64,000 bases of DNA, taken from Candidatus Poribacteria bacterium (GTDB taxonomy: Bacteria > Poribacteria > WGA-4E > WGA-3G). The stretch is from the NCBI GenBank assembly GCA_965205025.1, contig CBDBFU010000012.1, positions 213,015 through 277,014 of the forward strand. The letters are read 5' to 3'. How positions within the stretch are numbered: position 1 is the first letter of the stretch; every line of letters begins with the position of its first letter. A model generated the notes under the pieces. The model made no database searches and had not been told where the DNA came from. It saw nothing but the letters and a program-made list of their open reading frames with translations. Of the stretch, positions 41,527 through 52,000 are shown in pieces. Position numbers and translations under genes: made by a program.

Positions 41527-42283
41527 AAAATAAAATGAAGAAAACAAAAACTTCTAACAACAAATATACATACATCACAACAACCTAAAGTAAATTAAAA
41601 ATATATGTCAAAATAAACTGGAGAATAGGATTATCTATGTTAGAATTACAACTAAAAACATCAGAAATCTTAACAATTGAGAATCATTCACAAATCATAT
41701 ATATTCGTAGCCTAATAAAACAGGTACAGTGGATTATCAAAGTCAGTTTCACCACATATTTTTTTAGTTTTTCAAATTTTAAAATTTTACACCTATTAAT
41801 CAAATCCTTTGTTATCCCAATCCCTAACAGGGTTTACAGCGAATTAAAAAGTCATTTTTTTAAAAGCGACTCAAAAAACTTGAAAAACTTGAAAAACTCA
41901 AAAAACTTGAAAATAGACCTATTTCAAACAATGCACACTATCATATACATCAGTAAACTACAGTGTATCTCATTACTACGAAGCGTCTATACAGATAGAA
42001 TTTTCTTCGTAGTGGCAGGATTTCCCTGTCCATTGGTTCAAAATATTGCAAATGGTAAAACCAATGAATCCTCCAAATCTATGATTTATGAGATATGTTC
42101 TAATGCCTTGTCAAAATCAAAGGATAAGATATTTCACATTCAAACAATTCCAAATCAATGGATCAAAAGAAAAGTAAAAGACACAAAATTCATCCACAAT
42201 TTATATTTGGTGCAAATTCTTGTAACCTTAAAAAAGTGGCTCTAAACCCAGTGTACTACTGACGAGAAAGAGGTTTTACCAAT
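41527..42283 (+). repeat. ~760-bp repeated element, copy 1; contains a 9-bp iteron-like tandem array (aaaaacttg)x4 and a copy of the 'TTCGTAG..' motif; carries a low-complexity ORF (41637..42245)
   Basis: It shares these blocks with 63221..64000: 'aaaataaaatgaagaaaaca..cttctaacaac', 'ttttaaaattttacacc.att.atcaaatcctttgttatcccaatccc.aacagggtttacagc', the (aaaaacttg)n array, and 'caaattcttgtaaccttaaaaaagtg.ctctaaacccagtgta.tactgacg.gaaa.aggttttaccaa'. Confidence 0.8.
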
Positions 42284-42437
42284 GTCACACCATGTGACAA
42301 AAAGTGTAACTTTTATCAACATATTGGTAATATATAATTAACTATTCGTGAACAACTAAAACAGTAAATTACACAAGAATTACCCTTGAATAACTAAAAA
42401 CTAAAAACTATAAACTATAAACTGTTAACTGTTAACT

Positions 42438-42705
42438 AATACCATTTCTAATTGAAAATGTCTCTTTTTTGTACCACAAACTTTATGAAGATAAAGAAAA
42501 TATTTCGGTAATTCTAATTTTCCAAAACCCGGTAGGTGCGGTTTCCTAACCACGGGGAATGCTAAATAGCATTCATACCGTTGATTTGGATCTTTTTCCA
42601 AAATTACCGAATTTAAATATTAATCTTCATTCAGTTTGTGACCTGAAAAATGGCTACCATAATAACCGCCTAATGAGACAATAATTTATAGTAATAGTAT
42701 AATAA
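42438..42705. mobile_element. Composite MITE-like element: outer element with an inner hairpin element inserted
   Basis: Outer TIRs are 'taataccatttct...' and '...tagtaatagtataat'. There is an internal 'gtaccacaaactt'/'cagtttgtgac' junction. The inserted inner element is bounded by 'ttcggtaatt'/'aattaccgaatt' and carries the 'ggtaggtgcggtttcctaacc' core. Confidence 0.6.
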
Positions 42706-42999
42706 CCATAAGTTCTGTCATATTCAGGAAAAAACTTTAAATATCCTTATGTGCTTTTAACCTTGACTTAAACATTCTACATAGGATATAATTGACACAA
42801 CGTATATATTTGTGACTTAGGTATAGAAGGTTTAATCATATTAAGTATTACCACGTAATGTAAAAGGCAACATCGTTAATCTAAGAAGAGAAAGTTCAAC
42901 CGTATAAACAATTTACAAGATTAATCTTATATTATCTGATTATCACTGAATGCTACTTATAATAGCGATATAACAGGTAACCCCACTTAGGAGGACACA

Positions 43000-44313
43000 A
43001 TGCCTAATAGAGACAGTTTAAACACAGACTGTGAAGGATTTTATCGCAGAGATCTAATTAAAGCGGGTGTACTTGGCTTTTTTGGTTTTGGTCTCACCGA
43101 CTTCTTTCGGCTGAAAGCATTCGCAGAACCCACTGCAAAACCCGGCACCGCAAAATCAGTTATTCTGGTATGGTTAGGGGGTGGTCCCAGCCATCTTGAT
43201 ATGTGGGATCTCAAACCCAATGCACCAGAAGAGATTCGTGGACTTTTCAAACCTATCAATACCAATGTCAATGGGATACAGATCAGCGAACATATGCCGA
43301 AACTGGCACAACAAACAGACAAACTATGTATCGTTAGGTCTATGACCTCACCCGAAGCAGCACATGAACGTGGAACGCACTACATGATTACTGGATATCA
43401 ACCTCTACCAGGTTTTGCTGTTCCCGGACACGGAGCTGTTGTTTCCAAACTTAAAGAACAACGTAGTGCTTTACCCCCATATATCGCTATTCCTTCACCT
43501 GTTGCTTATGGTGATGGAGGATTCTTAGGCGCATCACTTGCTCCATTTTCTCCTAACGGCAATCCCGCAAGCAAAAACTTCAAAGTACGGGATTTAGAAC
43601 CACCAAAAGGTGTTTCCTACGAAAGAGTTGAAGGACGGCGTAACCTACGAGATGCAGTTGATACGGCATTCAAGAAATATGAAGCAGGAAACCCACGCGT
43701 TGAAGCAATGGATAATTTCTATACTGCTGCTTACAACCTAATGAGTTCTGAAGATGCACGGGCTGCATTCGACCTTAATAACGAACCTAAGCAGATCCGG
43801 GACGCATATCTACGAAATACTTTTGGACAAAGTTGCCTACTGGCTCGTAGACTTGTTGAAGCTGGCGTAAACTTTGTCACTGTAAGCAATGGTGGTTGGG
43901 ATAACCATAACAATATCTTTTCTTCACTACCCGGCAAACTCAATAACTTTGATACCACAATGGCAACACTCATAAATGATCTCACACAACGTGGACTACT
44001 TGATAGTACACTGGTGATTGCTATGGGTGAGTTCGGTAGAACTCCTGTAATCAACCGTAACGGTGGAAGGGATCATCATTCTCGAGTATTCTCAATAATG
44101 CTTGCTGGTGGTGGTGTAAAAGGTGGACAAGTTGTTGGGGCTTCCGATCCATTTGGAATGGAACCCGCAGAGACACCTGTACGACCCGAAGATCTTTCTG
44201 CTACTATCTATAAGAGTCTCGGTATCGATTACAATCAAAGTATTGAATCCCCTGATGGTGTCCGCATTGTACTTTCTCGCGGTGGACGGCCTATCCGAGG
44301 TGTCTTAGCATAA
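43000..44313 (+). CDS. DUF1501-family protein (sulfatase-like fold) with Tat-type signal
   Basis: 'RRDLIKAGVLGFFGFGLTDF' Tat-like N-terminus. Conserved DUF1501 blocks 'VWLGGGPSHLDMWDLKP' and 'GEFGRTPVINRNGGRDHH'. Confidence 0.8.
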   Translation: MPNRDSLNTDCEGFYRRDLIKAGVLGFFGFGLTDFFRLKAFAEPTAKPGTAKSVILVWLGGGPSHLDMWDLKPNAPEEIRGLFKPINTNVNGIQISEHMPKLAQQTDKLCIVRSMTSPEAAHERGTHYMITGYQPLPGFAVPGHGAVVSKLKEQRSALPPYIAIPSPVAYGDGGFLGASLAPFSPNGNPASKNFKVRDLEPPKGVSYERVEGRRNLRDAVDTAFKKYEAGNPRVEAMDNFYTAAYNLMSSEDARAAFDLNNEPKQIRDAYLRNTFGQSCLLARRLVEAGVNFVTVSNGGWDNHNNIFSSLPGKLNNFDTTMATLINDLTQRGLLDSTLVIAMGEFGRTPVINRNGGRDHHSRVFSIMLAGGGVKGGQVVGASDPFGMEPAETPVRPEDLSATIYKSLGIDYNQSIESPDGVRIVLSRGGRPIRGVLA

Positions 44314-44534
44314 GCAGAATGGGTATCACTATTTTGCATTAATGTAGTGCTGGGGTTTACAATTGTTGACACCAGCACTACACACTGCTAACTGAGGTTG
44401 AGGCTTGATAGTTCTCTGGAATTCTGATGATGGTTAGCCTGAATTAGCAGATCATTATATTCCGGCTGTTATACCTTCCTACATATTAATCTTTTCCTCC
44501 ATATCAAACCTTCCTCATTGCATGGATTTATACC

Positions 44535-45578
44535 ATGAAAAACAACTGCTTTTATTTTATCTCTTTCTTTTCATCAATTTTTCTGTGTGTTCTGTTTGGA
44601 AATATAACCCAAGCAGATGAGCATTTGCAGGAACAGAGAGAAAAATTATCCCCAATCTGGTCAGTACAATTTAGTCCTGATGGACGTACACTGGCTGTTG
44701 GTAAATATCAGTGGGTCGAACTCTGGGATATTGAGACACAGAAAATGATACACGCCTATGAACCTCATGCCGGACGGGTCCGGTGTATTAAGTTTTCTGA
44801 AGATGGAAAAACACTCTTCGCTGGTGGTGGTTCAGCTGCACAGAGTGGAGAAATTAAACTCTGGGATGTTCCAACTGAAGAACTCATTAAGACCATTGAG
44901 ATACATGCAGACACCATTGAATCTATTGCTATCAGTCCAGATAACGCAAAATTGCTGACAGCAAGTATGGATGAGTTTAGCGCAGTAATTGACCTATCGC
45001 TGCATGATGAAAACCTTTCTATTGCTGATCAGGCAAAATGGCTCACTCAGCATGTCGGGAGAGTTTTGAGTACGCTTTACCATCCAAGCGGAAGTTTCTT
45101 CGTCACTGGGAGTGAAGACAAGACTTTAAAAGTATGGGATGCAAAGGATTATTCAGTTCTGGTCAGTTTTGATGGAAACGATGATTCTGTTTATTCACTC
45201 GCCTATGCTGATCGAGAAAACCTGATTGTTTCAGGTTCAGCTGATACCACTGTCAGATCTTGGAGAATCACACAAACAAACAACGGTGAGACCCGGGGAG
45301 ACCCAGTTCGACAATTCAACCAACATGAAGGTCCAGTCTATAGTGTTGATTGTGGTATTTCGAATGGAATAGAGATAATCGCATCAGGAAGTGCTGATAC
45401 ATCTGTCATTATTTGGAACATTCGCAACGGGAACAGACGCCGTACCTTTAACGATGCAACAGATGAAGTCTATACTGTACATATCAGTCCAGATGGTAAT
45501 CATGTTGCTTCCGGAAGTCGGGACGGGAAGGTTCGGATTTGGAATATCAGTAATAATTCTTTATCACATGAATTCTAA
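44535..45578 (+). CDS. Secreted WD40 repeat protein
   Basis: Signal peptide 'FYFISFFSSIFLCVLFG'. WD repeats 'GSxDxTVRxWxI' and 'SGSRDGKVRIWNI'. Confidence 0.8.
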   Translation: MKNNCFYFISFFSSIFLCVLFGNITQADEHLQEQREKLSPIWSVQFSPDGRTLAVGKYQWVELWDIETQKMIHAYEPHAGRVRCIKFSEDGKTLFAGGGSAAQSGEIKLWDVPTEELIKTIEIHADTIESIAISPDNAKLLTASMDEFSAVIDLSLHDENLSIADQAKWLTQHVGRVLSTLYHPSGSFFVTGSEDKTLKVWDAKDYSVLVSFDGNDDSVYSLAYADRENLIVSGSADTTVRSWRITQTNNGETRGDPVRQFNQHEGPVYSVDCGISNGIEIIASGSADTSVIIWNIRNGNRRRTFNDATDEVYTVHISPDGNHVASGSRDGKVRIWNISNNSLSHEF

Positions 45579-45671
45579 CATAACCCAAGTTGCTACAAAT
45601 GCATTTTGATCGTTTCAACACAGTTTTCAGCACACTTTACTTACCCCAGATGAAGTTAAAAAAATAAAATA

Positions 45672-45756
45672 GGTAATTTGGACCCAGAGCTGGTAGGTGC
45701 GGTTTCCTAACCGTACCGGATTCTACAAGAAACTGAAAATTACCCGAATAAATTCT
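45672..45756. repeat. Solo copy of the inner hairpin element
   Basis: 'ggtaatttgg...ctggtaggtgcggtttcctaaccgtaccgg...aaaattacccgaat'. Confidence 0.5.
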
Positions 45757-45776
45757 TTAACTTCATGAGGGGTGAT

Positions 45777-45829
45777 ATGTCCATAGAAAAATGTATATCA
45801 CCGTCCTGCACTCCAGCGGAGTGCTATGT
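45777..45829. repeat. Third copy of the ACTCCAGCGGAGTGCTATGT motif, with the associated 'tgtc(c/t)atagaaaa' block
   Basis: 'atgtccatagaaaaatgtatatcaccgtcctgcactccagcggagtgctatgt'. Confidence 0.55.
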
Positions 45830-45910
45830 AAGTAAATATATGGCAACATAGGTTAACATTTTATCAAAGGAACATATTCAGATCTGACACATAATTGGAG
45901 GTGGAATACC

Positions 45911-48907
45911 ATGCGTGTAAATAAGAAATCTACCATTTTAAATAGACATATACGCAATACGGGTTCAATCAAATTCGTCATACTCTTTCTATGCCTCATA
46001 CTGCTGTATTCAATTGGTACACCCTATTGTGTAAATGCCCAAACCACACCACGATTGAATTCGTTATTTCCTGCGGGTGCACAGGTAGGAAAATCAGTTG
46101 AGGTAAAAATTGAAAGTTCAGATTTAGAAGGCGCGCATACACTTATCGTTGAAGGTGAACCCGGGATTAAAGGGGTACTCAACCCAGGCGGGGGAGAAGT
46201 TGATGAAACTCACAAACCTGTATTTGAAGCCAATTGTGGACAGTGCCACGAACTACGTTCACCAAGTAACCGATCAATGACTGCTACACAATGGCAAAAT
46301 GTGGTTAAACGAATGGTTACTGAAAAAGGTGCAGATATTAATGAAGACGATCAGTCAAAGATAATCCACTATCTAAAATCCGCTGCAAAAGCAACCGGGG
46401 GTATGACGGTTGAGTTCGATATCGCACCGGATGCACAAATCGGTGTACGTGAAATACGTATTGTTGGTAGGAACGGAACTTCAACCGCATGGCCATTTGA
46501 AGTCAGTGATGTCGCTGATATAGTTGAAACTGAATCTAACGATAATTCAGAATCCGCTACATCCATAGAATTACCTATTATTATCAATGGAGTCATCAAT
46601 CCGGGTGGGGATGAGGATTACTACGCATTTCAAGGAACAGAAGGGGATCGTTGTGTCTTCAATGTGAAAGCATACCGCTATAATAACATTAGTCAACAAT
46701 ACTTCAATCCCACAATATCACTATATGATATCAATGGTAAAGAACTCGCACGTAGCAACGGCTTTTTTAGCCTTGATCCACTCATAGATTTCACATTACC
46801 GGAAGATGGAGTCTATTTTCTACGTATTCGTGACCTACTTTACCGTGGAAATCCTAATTCTGTATACAGATTAACAAGTGGTGTTGTTCCTTACAATACC
46901 TATATATATCCAACAGGGGGTGAAATCGGGACTGTAACACAAACCACAATCGGTGGTGAGAATTTACCTGAAACCAAATGGGATGTCGATTTACCAAGCG
47001 ACCATCCACCAGGGATAAAACTTGTCCGGACACCCTTCGGGATCTTTCCATTCATAGCAAATGAATATACAGAAGATATAGAACTAATTTCAGAAAACAC
47101 AAGCAATACTGAAGACACGGATACAGCAGATAGTAATGAAGGACAGGTACGTAACGCTGAATCTGAAATACTATTCCAAACTAAATGTACCGTTTGTCAT
47201 GAACTTCGATCTCCAAACAACAGAGCACTGACTGCCGAACAGTGGGAAAATACTATCATCCGTATGTCAGAGAAAGAAAATGCGGATATTACACCTACAG
47301 ATAGAGATCGTATCATCGCTTTTGTTGCTGAAGAAGTTGAACGAATGGGACAACTCATAGCAAAACAAATTGAAGTATCACAACATATTGAAACACCTGG
47401 TGCAATCAGTGGACGTATCTCAATACCTGGAGAGACAGACTACTACAAGTTCACAATTGCTGAAGGTTCACGCCTCGGCCCGTGGTGGGTTATACACCCG
47501 TTTGATAATGAAGACGAAAAAGGATTCGATACTGTGTATCCTCCTGAAGTTGAAATTGACTTCAAAAAGGAGTATACCGGTAAAGATGGACGAATTATAA
47601 AATGGTATCGGACAAATAGAAGAGGAGAAAACGTCTTTTCTAATGTTCCCGAAGATGATGTCACCGGATACGCACTTACCTATTTTGAATCTGAAAGAGA
47701 TCAAAAATATCTGTTATCACTCGGTTCAGATGATACCATAAAGATTTGGGTGAATGACCAACTGATCTTTAGCAAGTATGTTCATAGACCTCTCAGACGC
47801 GCGGACGATGTCATTGAATTACCAATATCTAAAGGAAGAAACAAAATCCTATTCAAAATTACAAATGGGTACGGTCCCTGGGGATTCTTCGCTGATATCG
47901 GGGGCTATTCCATAGAATTATTTGCCGAAAACCTCAATTCCCCTCTAAGTCCTTCACTAACCCTTTTGAATCCAGAGGGACGAGTTATTAGGAATAACGC
48001 TGGTACAGGTGGCAGAAGAAATGCTGTTATAGACTATAGTTTTGCACAGCCCGGAATATACGGATTACGTGTGGAAGATGTAGCTGGTAATGGTGGCGCA
48101 GGTTATGTATACCATTTAGATATACGACCAACTGTGCCCGACTTTGCTATATCAGTTACACCTGATAATCCTAATATAGGACGGGGTGGCACAGTGCTCA
48201 TGGATGTTACATTACAACGTCGCGTAGGATTCACCGAACCCATACTATTATCCGTTGAAAACCTGCCACCCGGTATAAAAGCAAGCCAGAGTGCTATTCT
48301 CTCTGAAGGGGGGAACGAACAAGGATTCCTCACACTTACTGCTGAGCCAGATGCAGATTTAGTACATAGTGTCGTTCAAGTGGTTGGTACAGTTACCACA
48401 TCAGCTGGGCAGCAGATTCGACGGGCTGCAACACCTGTTGAAGTATATCGTGTACAAAACTCAAATCAAACAGTCAGACGGAAAAATGTGGTCGTCAGTG
48501 TGACTGAATCAACTCCATTGATTGTAACTGTGGATCCAAATGAAGTAATTGTGACACCAGACGGACCAGTTGAGATTACTGTCAAGGTAAACCGAAAAAA
48601 AGGTAATCGACAGAATATGAACCTAACTGTTGTCGGTTTGCCTTTTGGTGTTGAACTTCAAAGACAGACAACTGTGCTTCGATCAGGAAAATCTGAGGCA
48701 ACAATCACACTCGTTCCAGATATAGTTGCCACTGGAGATAATGAATTAAGACGAAATCCATTCATTGGAAACAACCAGACCAGACCACATACATTTGTTG
48801 TGAACGCGTCTGTTGGGAACCGTCGAGTCGCAAGCAGTCCTGCTGTTGATCTCTGGATTGGAAACCCACCAACTTCTGATGAGCAGACAAATATTGGTGG
48901 TAATTAA
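45911..48907 (+). CDS. Large secreted protein with two CxxCH cytochrome-c-type motifs each followed by a PPC (pre-peptidase C-terminal)-like domain, plus C-terminal Ig-like repeats
   Basis: Signal peptide. 'CGQCHELRSPSNRSMTATQWQNVVKRM' and 'CTVCHELRSPNNRALTAEQWENTIIRM' are a duplicated module. 'GDEDYYAFQGTEGDRCVFNV' and 'GETDYYKFTIAEGSRL' are PPC-like D-x-D-x-Y-x-F motifs. Confidence 0.6.
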   Translation: MRVNKKSTILNRHIRNTGSIKFVILFLCLILLYSIGTPYCVNAQTTPRLNSLFPAGAQVGKSVEVKIESSDLEGAHTLIVEGEPGIKGVLNPGGGEVDETHKPVFEANCGQCHELRSPSNRSMTATQWQNVVKRMVTEKGADINEDDQSKIIHYLKSAAKATGGMTVEFDIAPDAQIGVREIRIVGRNGTSTAWPFEVSDVADIVETESNDNSESATSIELPIIINGVINPGGDEDYYAFQGTEGDRCVFNVKAYRYNNISQQYFNPTISLYDINGKELARSNGFFSLDPLIDFTLPEDGVYFLRIRDLLYRGNPNSVYRLTSGVVPYNTYIYPTGGEIGTVTQTTIGGENLPETKWDVDLPSDHPPGIKLVRTPFGIFPFIANEYTEDIELISENTSNTEDTDTADSNEGQVRNAESEILFQTKCTVCHELRSPNNRALTAEQWENTIIRMSEKENADITPTDRDRIIAFVAEEVERMGQLIAKQIEVSQHIETPGAISGRISIPGETDYYKFTIAEGSRLGPWWVIHPFDNEDEKGFDTVYPPEVEIDFKKEYTGKDGRIIKWYRTNRRGENVFSNVPEDDVTGYALTYFESERDQKYLLSLGSDDTIKIWVNDQLIFSKYVHRPLRRADDVIELPISKGRNKILFKITNGYGPWGFFADIGGYSIELFAENLNSPLSPSLTLLNPEGRVIRNNAGTGGRRNAVIDYSFAQPGIYGLRVEDVAGNGGAGYVYHLDIRPTVPDFAISVTPDNPNIGRGGTVLMDVTLQRRVGFTEPILLSVENLPPGIKASQSAILSEGGNEQGFLTLTAEPDADLVHSVVQVVGTVTTSAGQQIRRAATPVEVYRVQNSNQTVRRKNVVVSVTESTPLIVTVDPNEVIVTPDGPVEITVKVNRKKGNRQNMNLTVVGLPFGVELQRQTTVLRSGKSEATITLVPDIVATGDNELRRNPFIGNNQTRPHTFVVNASVGNRRVASSPAVDLWIGNPPTSDEQTNIGGN

Positions 48908-48976
48908 GCTCCATATAAATGAAAATTGCTCAAACATTCTAAGTACAAGTCAAAACTCATTATAGTATCAATTTTG

Positions 48977-49040
48977 TAAGACGAGGTATCAAGAATGCCG
49001 CGAGGGCATTCATTATAATTTGATACCTCGTCTTATCTTT
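48977..49040 (+). terminator. Compound terminator: 15/16-bp outer stem enclosing an inner GC hairpin, then a T-run
   Basis: 'taagacgaggtatcaa gaatgccgcgagggcattc attataatt tgatacctcgtctta tcttttatttt'. Confidence 0.6.
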
Positions 49041-49086
49041 TATTTTCTATACTCAAATATAATATTACGACATTACGGAGGTGTAA

Positions 49087-52000
49087 ATGTCAGGATACTA
49101 TCGATTCCCTACCATTTCAAAGGATACTATTGTTTTTGTGTGTGAAGACGATTTATGGACAGTTTCTGTAACAGGCGGTGTTGCACGGAGACTTACATCA
49201 AATTTAGGGGCAACTGGATCTCCCCAATTATCACCAAATGGAGAAATCCTTGCTTTTGCTGGACGTGAAGAAGGTCCAACTGAAGTGTATGTAATGCCTG
49301 CTCTTGGCGGTGAAGCAAAGAGATTAACATACCAAGGAAGTCAAGCAAGTATTGTCGGTTGGAGTTCTGATGGGGAGAATATCCTGTATTCAAGCGGGGC
49401 AAATTCTGCCTTTGGTGCTTGGATATGGAGTCTATCTCCGGAAGGTGGAGAACCACAACGACTACCTTACGGACCTGCTAATCATGTGTCCTATGGGAGT
49501 AATGGTGGTGTAATACTGGGTCGATTAACACGTGAACCGGCAAGATGGAAACGTTATCGCGGAGGAACTGCAGGACAACTATGGATAGATGTAGATGGAG
49601 ACGGAGAATTTCAACCATTCAAGCCAGTTGAGAGTAATTTCACAACACCGATGTGGATTGGGGATCGCATATACTTCATTTCCGATCACCAAGGTGTTGG
49701 AAATATCTATTCATGCGACACCTCCGGTGAAGATTTGCAACGGCATACTCATCAAGAAACATACTACTGTAGATCAGCACAAACTGATGGTACAAGAATT
49801 GTCTACCATGCAGGTGGGGACCTATGGATACACGAAATAGAAGAAAATAATAATTATCAAGTCGATGTTGATTTTCGAAGTCCACGCATACAAAGACAAC
49901 GCAAATTTGTCAATCCTACCAAATATCTTCAAGAATATTCACCATCTGCTGATGGGAAATTAATATCATTAACTGCTCGGGGCAAGTTATTCACAATGGG
50001 AAATTGGGATGGAGCTGTTCTACAACATGGGGATAGGAATGGCACACGCTACCGTAAAACAGAATGGCTAAATGATGGCAAACGCATTGTAACTCTTTCA
50101 GATGCTGGTGGCGAAGAAGCACTTGAAATTCATACATGCAATGGTAGTGAAGAGATACGCCGCTTAGATAACCTTGATATTGGACATGTTCGTCATTTGG
50201 CAGTTTGTCCTAAAGGTGATGACCTGAAAGATCAACTCTTAATTGTCAATCATAGGTTAGAACTTCTCCTCATAGAATTGGATGAACCAACGCTTCGAGT
50301 GCTTGATAAAAGCTTACACAGACGGATTTCAGGTGCAACTTGGTCACCAGATGGTAAATGGATAGCATATAGTTTTCCTGCAACAGAGACTACCTCATCC
50401 ATTAAGGTATGCAATGTTGAAACGGGGGATATATCATTCATTACACAACCAGAATTCAGCGATTATGCCCCGGCATGGGATCCAGATGGTAAATTCCTTT
50501 ATTTTTTATCACAGCGCGAATTTGATCCGGTGGGGGATTCACTACACTTTGATCTCGGTTTCCCTGTTTCCACACGTCCCCTCTTGGTAACACTGCAGAA
50601 GGATACACCAAATCCATTTATCCCCACTGCTCCTTCATCCGATGAAGAAAAGGATAAGGAGAAAGAAGAAAACGAGGATAAGGATAAGGACGAGAATAAT
50701 AATACAGATGAGACTAATGGAAAAGATGAGGATTCTAAAGAGAAAGAAGAAAAGAAGAAGAGAAAACCCATTGTCATAGATTTAGACGGTATTCAACAAC
50801 GGGTTGTTGCGTTTCCATATACACACGCAAATTATGGGCAAATTGCTGGGATTGAAGGCAAGGCTATTTTTACATCCTTTCCTGTTCAACATGCGGTTAA
50901 TTCTCCTGGTGAAGAAGACGGTTCTGGTGGTAAAGGGAAATTGCATGCTTACGATTTTAAAGAACAGAAAAAGGAAGTATTAGTTGGGGATATCGGTAAT
51001 TTTCAACTAACAAGAGATTACAAATCCTTGGTATACCGAACAGGAGATCGAATACGGGTCATTAAAGCCGGTAGAAAAGCGGAAGATGACCGAAAAGGGG
51101 AAAAGAAAGGCAGTAATCCGAGACACAACGGTTGGATCAATATAAGCCGTATCAGACCTTCTGTAATTCCATCTGCTGAGTGGGCACAAATGTACAGGGA
51201 AGCGTGGAGACTGCAACGCGATTATTTCTGGACTGAAGATTTGTCCGACGTTGATTGGGAAGATGTTTACAAACGCTATCTACCTCAACTTGAAAAAGTT
51301 GCTACTCGGGCAGAATTCTCTGATCTTATGTGGGAAATGCAGGGAGAACTCGGAACATCTCATGCCTATGAATCAGGTGGAGACTACCGGAGTTCACCAA
51401 ACTACGCACAAGGATTTCTTGGGGCGGATTACAGTTACGATTCTGAAAATGAGGGGTATCGTATAACCCATATTGTTCAGGGTGATACATGGAATGAACG
51501 TAGAGATTCTCCACTAAGAGCACCAGGAATTAACATCCAAGAAGGTGATGTTCTCCTATCTATCGGTGGACAAAAACTAAGTGAAAATGTCTCTCCGGGT
51601 GAGTTATTGGTTAATCTTGCTGGACAAGAGGTACAGACAACGTTCAAGAATGCTTCGGATGGTGAAAAACGGGTTGTCACCATGAAAATCCTCGGTAGTG
51701 AATCTGAATTACGATACCGTGAATGGGTGTCACAGAATAGAAAATATGTACACGAAAAAACTGATGGAAAGATCGGGTATGTTCACATTCCAGATATGGG
51801 AAGACGTGGTTATGCAGAATTCCATCGAGGATACTTATGTGAAGTCAGTTATCCCGGACTACTCGTGGATGTTCGATATAATGGTGGTGGAAACGTCTCC
51901 CAGCTGATATTGGAGAAATTGTCTCGTCGACGTATTGCGTATGTACAACCACGATGGGGTACACCAAATTCATATCCGGCTTCATCGGTTTTGGGACCTA

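Noticed and set aside
41876-41915. Tandem 'aaaaacttg' array as a CRISPR array
   Set aside because: The units are 9 bp with no spacers, far shorter than CRISPR repeats. No cas genes are present. They were interpreted as iteron-like tandem repeats instead.
41637-42245. 202-aa ORF (and its sibling 63307..63966, 219 aa) as genuine protein-coding genes
   Set aside because: Both lie entirely inside the two copies of the ~760-bp repeat. The translations are low-complexity (FFSFFSF, LKNLKNLKNLK from the 9-bp iterons). The conserved regions between copies do not show a synonymous-biased substitution pattern. I treat them as non-coding repeat sequence, though a small conserved peptide ('IKSFVIPIPNRVYS') cannot be fully excluded.
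42240-42283. Hammerhead-ribozyme-like 'CUGACGAG...GAAAG' at the 3' block of the 760-bp element
   Set aside because: The CUGAnGA and GAAA boxes are adjacent, with no room for stem II, and no stem I/III pairing partners are evident. This is most likely a chance match.
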